Below are positions 27,887 to 32,000 of a DNA stretch of 32,000 nucleotides, in pieces. The stretch is taken from NCBI RefSeq assembly GCF_003231495.1, contig NZ_PQWO01000019.1:41899-73898 (forward strand), in the 5' to 3' direction. Positions within the stretch are counted from its first letter, which is position 1; every line of letters begins with the position of its first letter. This DNA comes from Acaryochloris thomasi RCC1774. Its GTDB lineage: Bacteria > Cyanobacteriota > Cyanobacteriia > Thermosynechococcales > Thermosynechococcaceae. Under the pieces are notes generated by a model. It made no database searches, had not been told where the DNA came from, and saw nothing but the letters and a program-made list of their open reading frames with translations. The position numbers were made by a program, and so were the translations under genes.

Positions 27887-28438
27887 TCAGCGAGAGTTTG
27901 GATACCAAAACATGCCCTTAATCCCCTCTGGATCAGGCGCGAACCCCAACTCACAGTAGAAATCAATCACGTGAGGATCTGCAAACAGAGTGACATTGCT
28001 AATATCTGCGCGCCGTAATTCTTTGATAATCTGCTTCATCAAAGCTTTGCCCAATCCCCGCCCTTGAAAGTCAGGGTGAACCACCACGTCCCAAATAGTG
28101 GCGTTGAATGCGTGATCTGAGGTTGCCCGCGAGAAGCCAATTAGCCGGGACTCATCCCCCTGCAGCTCCCACATAGAAATCACTAAAAAACTGTGCTTAA
28201 TCGCTTTGCGAACCTTACGCAGCGGACGCCGAGACCAGCCCACTGCATCACATAGCCGCTCTAGCTCGTATAGATCAATTTCTCTATCTTGACTAAAGCA
28301 AATTTGGGGCTGGGCAAGTTTAGGAGCAGGCGTTTTAGAGATGCGCCCTACCCCTTGAGTAACGGGAACCTCAGCGGTCGCTAACGTGGGTGCCGACGAG
28401 GAGCCTGAACCGCTAAAGAGATTTTTCCAAAAACCCAT
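27887..28438 (-). CDS. GNAT-family N-acetyltransferase
   Basis: Acetyl-CoA-binding motif [18 protein letters not shown] and a low-complexity N-terminus. Confidence 0.8.
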   Translation of the reverse strand: MGFWKNLFSGSGSSSAPTLATAEVPVTQGVGRISKTPAPKLAQPQICFSQDREIDLYELERLCDAVGWSRRPLRKVRKAIKHSFLVISMWELQGDESRLIGFSRATSDHAFNATIWDVVVHPDFQGRGLGKALMKQIIKELRRADISNVTLFADPHVIDFYCELGFAPDPEGIKGMFWYPNSR

Positions 28439-28583
28439 GGAGCTGCGTAATTTTTAAAAAACGTTAAGAAGCACTTAAATCAGTATAGAGCAGCTTTCCA
28501 GCGAGGTGAACCTCTAGATTGCTGTGTATATCAAAGAAGCCGTTAAGATTTAGGGGCAGGTTTTACCGTTATCAATAGAACGA

Positions 28584-30488
28584 ATGGCCCATATATCCCC
28601 TGATTTTCTAGATACCTTCGACGTAATTGTGGTGGGTGCAGGACACTCAGGTTGCGAAGCAGCCTTAGCCTCTGCTCGGTTAGGCTGTCGAACTCTATTG
28701 CTGACACTCAATCTAGATAAGATTGCTTGGCAGCCGTGCAATCCAGCAGTGGGGGGACCGGCCAAATCTCAACTCACCCACGAAATTGATGCCCTCGGCG
28801 GCGAAATCGGTAAAATGGCCGATCGCACCTACCTACAGAAGCGATTGCTCAATAACTCACGGGGACCGGCCGTATGGGCACTCCGAGCGCAAACTGATAA
28901 GCGCGAGTACGCGGCGGTGATGAAAAATATCGTTGAGAATCAGGCAAATCTGACCATTCGAGAGGGTATGGTCACCGACCTAGTATTAGGCAAAAATGAC
29001 GAAGTGATTGGGCTAGAGACATACTTTGGGGTTGCCTTCGCGTGTAAGACGGTCATTCTAACCACCGGTACCTTTTTAGGAGGCCGCATCTGGGTCGGCA
29101 ATAAATCAATGCCTGCGGGCCGAGCGGGAGAATTCGCAGCAGAAGGTCTCACGGAAACGCTGCAGCAACTGGGCTTTGAAACCGGACGCCTGAAAACCGG
29201 AACCCCAGCACGGGTGGATAAGCGCTCGGTGGACTACGACAAAATGGAGCCGCAGCCCGCAGATGAGCAGGTGCGCTGGTTTAGCTTTGACCCTGACGTT
29301 TGGGTAGAGCGGGAGCAGATGCCCTGCTACATTACGCGCACAACGCTAGCAACCCACCGGATGATTCAGGAAAATCTACATCTGTCGCCGGTCTATGGGG
29401 GCTGGGTCGATGCCAAGGGTCCACGCTATTGCCCCAGCATTGAAGACAAAATTGTCCGATTCGCCGACAAAGAGAGCCACCAGATTTTCATTGAGCCTGA
29501 GGGGCGCGAGATTCCAGAGCTGTATATTCAGGGGTTCTCAACAGGGCTACCGGAGGGGCTGCAGTTAGCAATGTTGAGATCGCTTCCGGGTCTAGAAAAT
29601 TGCGCGATGCTCCGTCCTGCCTACGCCGTTGAATACGACTTTTTACCGGCAACGCAGTGCTATCCCACGTTGATGACCAAGCGGGTCGAGGGCTTATTCT
29701 GTGCGGGACAAGTCAATGGCACCACCGGCTACGAAGAAGCCGCCGCTCAGGGAATTGTCGCGGGTATCAATGCAGCTCGGTTTGTAAACCACCAGGAGAT
29801 GATGATCTTTCCACGGGAGCATAGCTATCTGGGGACACTCATTGATGATCTATGTACAAAGGATCTGCGTGAACCTTACCGGATGCTCACGAGTCGTTCT
29901 GAGTATCGATTGCTGTTGCGATCTGATAATGCCGATCAGCGGTTGACGCCCCTGGGCCGAGAGATTGGTTTGATTGATGATCGCCGTTGGGACTTATTCA
30001 CCAGAAAGCAAGAGCAGATTACGGCGGAGAAAGAGCGACTGCACGGCACTCGGGTGAAGGAATTGGAGGAGGTGGGCGTTGCGATCGCAACCCACACAAA
30101 CCAAGCTATCAAAGGATCTATTACCTTAGCCGAACTCCTGCGGCGTCCAGGCATACACTACAGCGACCTTGAGCAGTTCGACCTAGGCCAACCCAATCTA
30201 GAACCCGCAGCAAAGGAAGGCGCTGAGATTGACATCAAATATGCAGGCTATATCAAGCGACAGCAGCGTCAGATTGAGCAGGTCAGCCGCCAAGAACATC
30301 GGCCTCTTTCACCCGATCTTGACTACGCCAGCATTGAAACCCTTTCCGCAGAGGCACGGGAGAAACTCGCCCAAGTTCAGCCCCTGACCATTGGTCAGGC
30401 CGGTCGGATCGGTGGTGTCAATCCAGCCGATATCAATGCCCTGTTGGTTTTCTTAGAAACCCAAGCGCGTCTATCTATCACCCGATAG
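28584..30488 (+). CDS. mnmG: tRNA uridine 5-carboxymethylaminomethyl modification enzyme MnmG (GidA)
   Basis: FAD-binding N-terminus [34 protein letters not shown] motif, 634 aa. Confidence 0.95.
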   Translation: MAHISPDFLDTFDVIVVGAGHSGCEAALASARLGCRTLLLTLNLDKIAWQPCNPAVGGPAKSQLTHEIDALGGEIGKMADRTYLQKRLLNNSRGPAVWALRAQTDKREYAAVMKNIVENQANLTIREGMVTDLVLGKNDEVIGLETYFGVAFACKTVILTTGTFLGGRIWVGNKSMPAGRAGEFAAEGLTETLQQLGFETGRLKTGTPARVDKRSVDYDKMEPQPADEQVRWFSFDPDVWVEREQMPCYITRTTLATHRMIQENLHLSPVYGGWVDAKGPRYCPSIEDKIVRFADKESHQIFIEPEGREIPELYIQGFSTGLPEGLQLAMLRSLPGLENCAMLRPAYAVEYDFLPATQCYPTLMTKRVEGLFCAGQVNGTTGYEEAAAQGIVAGINAARFVNHQEMMIFPREHSYLGTLIDDLCTKDLREPYRMLTSRSEYRLLLRSDNADQRLTPLGREIGLIDDRRWDLFTRKQEQITAEKERLHGTRVKELEEVGVAIATHTNQAIKGSITLAELLRRPGIHYSDLEQFDLGQPNLEPAAKEGAEIDIKYAGYIKRQQRQIEQVSRQEHRPLSPDLDYASIETLSAEAREKLAQVQPLTIGQAGRIGGVNPADINALLVFLETQARLSITR

Positions 30489-30526
30489 AGTGCAGTAAGC
30501 TAACAGGGGTAATTTAGGGCACCTCA

Positions 30527-31342
30527 ATGACGAAAATTTCGACCTGGAACGTCAACTCCATTCGCACCCGAATCACGCACGTTACTGATTGGCTACAGAC
30601 AAATCCGGTCGATGTCCTTTGCTTACAAGAGACCAAGGTAGTGGATGCTGACTTCCCGCATACGCCCTTCGAAGAAATCGGTTATCAGGCTGAGATTTTT
30701 GGGCAAAAAGCCTACAACGGCGTTGCGTTGATCAGCAAAAGTCCGCTAACTAACGTTCAGGCAGGTTTTACCCCAGTTTTAGAAGCTGCCGGGAAATCAT
30801 TGGATGAAGCAACATTCTTTGATGAGCAGAAACGCGTGATCACAGGCGTCACCGCATCAGGTCTCCGAGTGGTCAATCTCTATGTCCCCAACGGTTCATC
30901 TGTAGGCAGTGAAAAGTATGACTACAAACTGCGCTGGTTCAGACTGCTCAAGCAGTACATGGAGTGTTTGCTAGCCGTCAAACCTAAGCCAATTCTGATC
31001 TGCGGAGACTTCAACATTGCCCTAGAAGATCGAGACATTTATAAACCGGAAGGACGAGAAAAGCACATCATGTCCACGCCCGTTGAGCGGGAATCGCTAC
31101 GTTCGATTCTAGAGTTGGGTTTCGCCGACGTCTTTCGCAAGTTCACAGCAGAATCAGGCCACTATAGCTGGTGGGATTACCGGGCAGCTTCGTTCAATCG
31201 AAATATGGGCTGGCGCATTGATCACCACTATCTGACGCCAGAGCTATACGAACGAGCAACGTCCTGCACCATCGATAAAGCACCAAGGGGCTTAGAAAAG
31301 CCCAGCGATCACACACCTGTCACTGTCGAAATTAGTGATTAG
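30527..31342 (+). CDS. xth: exodeoxyribonuclease III
   Basis: ISTWNVNSIRTR, CLQETK, GDFNIA and SDHTPVTVEI motifs of the ExoIII/EEP family. Confidence 0.9.
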   Translation: MTKISTWNVNSIRTRITHVTDWLQTNPVDVLCLQETKVVDADFPHTPFEEIGYQAEIFGQKAYNGVALISKSPLTNVQAGFTPVLEAAGKSLDEATFFDEQKRVITGVTASGLRVVNLYVPNGSSVGSEKYDYKLRWFRLLKQYMECLLAVKPKPILICGDFNIALEDRDIYKPEGREKHIMSTPVERESLRSILELGFADVFRKFTAESGHYSWWDYRAASFNRNMGWRIDHHYLTPELYERATSCTIDKAPRGLEKPSDHTPVTVEISD

Positions 31343-31654
31343 CAACCGAGGGATGTGGGATAGGTTCAATCTTGCTAGGCCAACATTGAAACAACTAACT
31401 TTTCCAACCAAACCCAGAAATATAGCGGTACGCGTATTGATTAGGACATCAAAATGCTTGAATACCATGTTCGCTAAAGAAGGGCTGTCCTAACTCAGCC
31501 GCGTATTGCTATATTAGGGAGCTGTTTAGAAGCGAATACACTACCGGGACTCACTACGACCAGTCTGGTTCCTCAGTCCACAGCAGCAGCGGAGTAATTT
31601 TGCAAAATTTTGGGATCGCTTGTATCGGTTGACACTCAAAAATCGCTTAGGATC

Positions 31655-31879
31655 CTAAGAAGATACGGATGAAGACAAACGCGAAAGTTTAGACCGTAAA
31701 ATTTCAACATCTCCCGCCGGAGCATCCACAGCATCTGGATTTTCTGCACTTCTGGACAAATGTTCTTGTAAAGCACTTCTTCTAAAGACACTATCTTCTT
31801 GACCTTCATGCTCAAGCACAAAATCGATCAATTCGTCATTCGTTAATTGCTGTAGCTGTTGTAGCGAGATTTTAGACAT
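31655..31879 (-). CDS. hypothetical small protein (74 aa)
   Basis: ATG 31879 is preceded by GGAGGT. It overlaps by 8 nt (ATGTCTAA) a 41-codon upstream ORF (31872-31997, MLNSIDRYLPGGEV...IYIYPDGGRRYV). The track's 109-aa version uses a TTG start in the same frame. Confidence 0.45.
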   Translation of the reverse strand: MSKISLQQLQQLTNDELIDFVLEHEGQEDSVFRRSALQEHLSRSAENPDAVDAPAGDVEILRSKLSRLSSSVSS

Positions 31880-32000
31880 ACCTTCTACCTCCATCCGGAT
31901 AGATATAGATGATAATTCGCTGTGCAGATAGCTCTCTAGGTTGAGCAACAACGCAAACTTCTCCCCCAGGCAAATATCGATCAATCGAATTAAGCATCTA

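Noticed and set aside
28550-28765. 71-aa minus-strand ORF overlapping the mnmG start
   Set aside because: It is antisense to the FAD-binding N-terminus of MnmG, which is unambiguous.
31363-31371. GGTTCAATC, a T-loop-like motif suggesting a tRNA downstream of xth
   Set aside because: The flanking bases do not form a T-stem (GGGAT vs ATCTT are not complementary). I could not fold an acceptor or anticodon arm.
31431-31508. MITE with target-site duplication (9-nt direct repeats flanking 8-bp inverted repeats)
   Set aside because: The right direct repeat is separated from the inverted repeat by 6 nt and the left one abuts it with an extra base. The geometry therefore does not match a clean TSD. 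I kept it only as an unexplained repeat.
1-32000. CRISPR arrays, rRNA/tRNA genes, transposases or integrases
   Set aside because: I saw no regularly spaced direct repeats, no rRNA/tRNA-like sequence, and no ORF with transposase or integrase motifs (DDE, tyrosine recombinase RHRY) on either strand.

Overview
This window looks like chromosomal DNA from a cyanobacterium. The octamer palindrome GCGATCGC (HIP1) occurs 15 times by my manual scan, against roughly 0.5 expected by chance in 32 kb. Gene content fits: an HLIP/Hli protein, DesC, a group-2 sigma factor, and a CruA/CruP-like FAD protein.

Most of the window is tightly packed housekeeping genes: rhlE-like DEAD-box helicase, a PHP phosphoesterase plus Amidase_2 operon, a TPM-domain protein, a sigma-70 group-2 factor, a HAD hydrolase, an FAD monooxygenase, sfsA, hli, an RND pump (adaptor plus permease), clpB, a MAPEG protein, a co-directional GNAT/desC/DAGK-like kinase/metallophosphoesterase cluster, mnmG and xth.

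The clearest accessory region lies at about 21.3-23.5 kb, between clpB and the MAPEG gene. It holds hicA-hicB, a membrane-anchored NERD-domain nuclease, and vapB-vapC. A perfect 16-bp palindrome sits in the divergent NERD/vapB promoter region. Immediately downstream is a heme-motif-less C-terminal remnant of a cytochrome c6-like gene, which suggests the island disrupted a resident gene.

A second region of unknown function is at the left edge (103-1046). It is a translationally coupled pair, an acidic 195-aa protein and a 119-aa coiled-coil protein, with no domain I can recognise.

I found no CRISPR array, rRNA, tRNA or transposase. All function calls come from motif recognition in the supplied translations. 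No database search was run.
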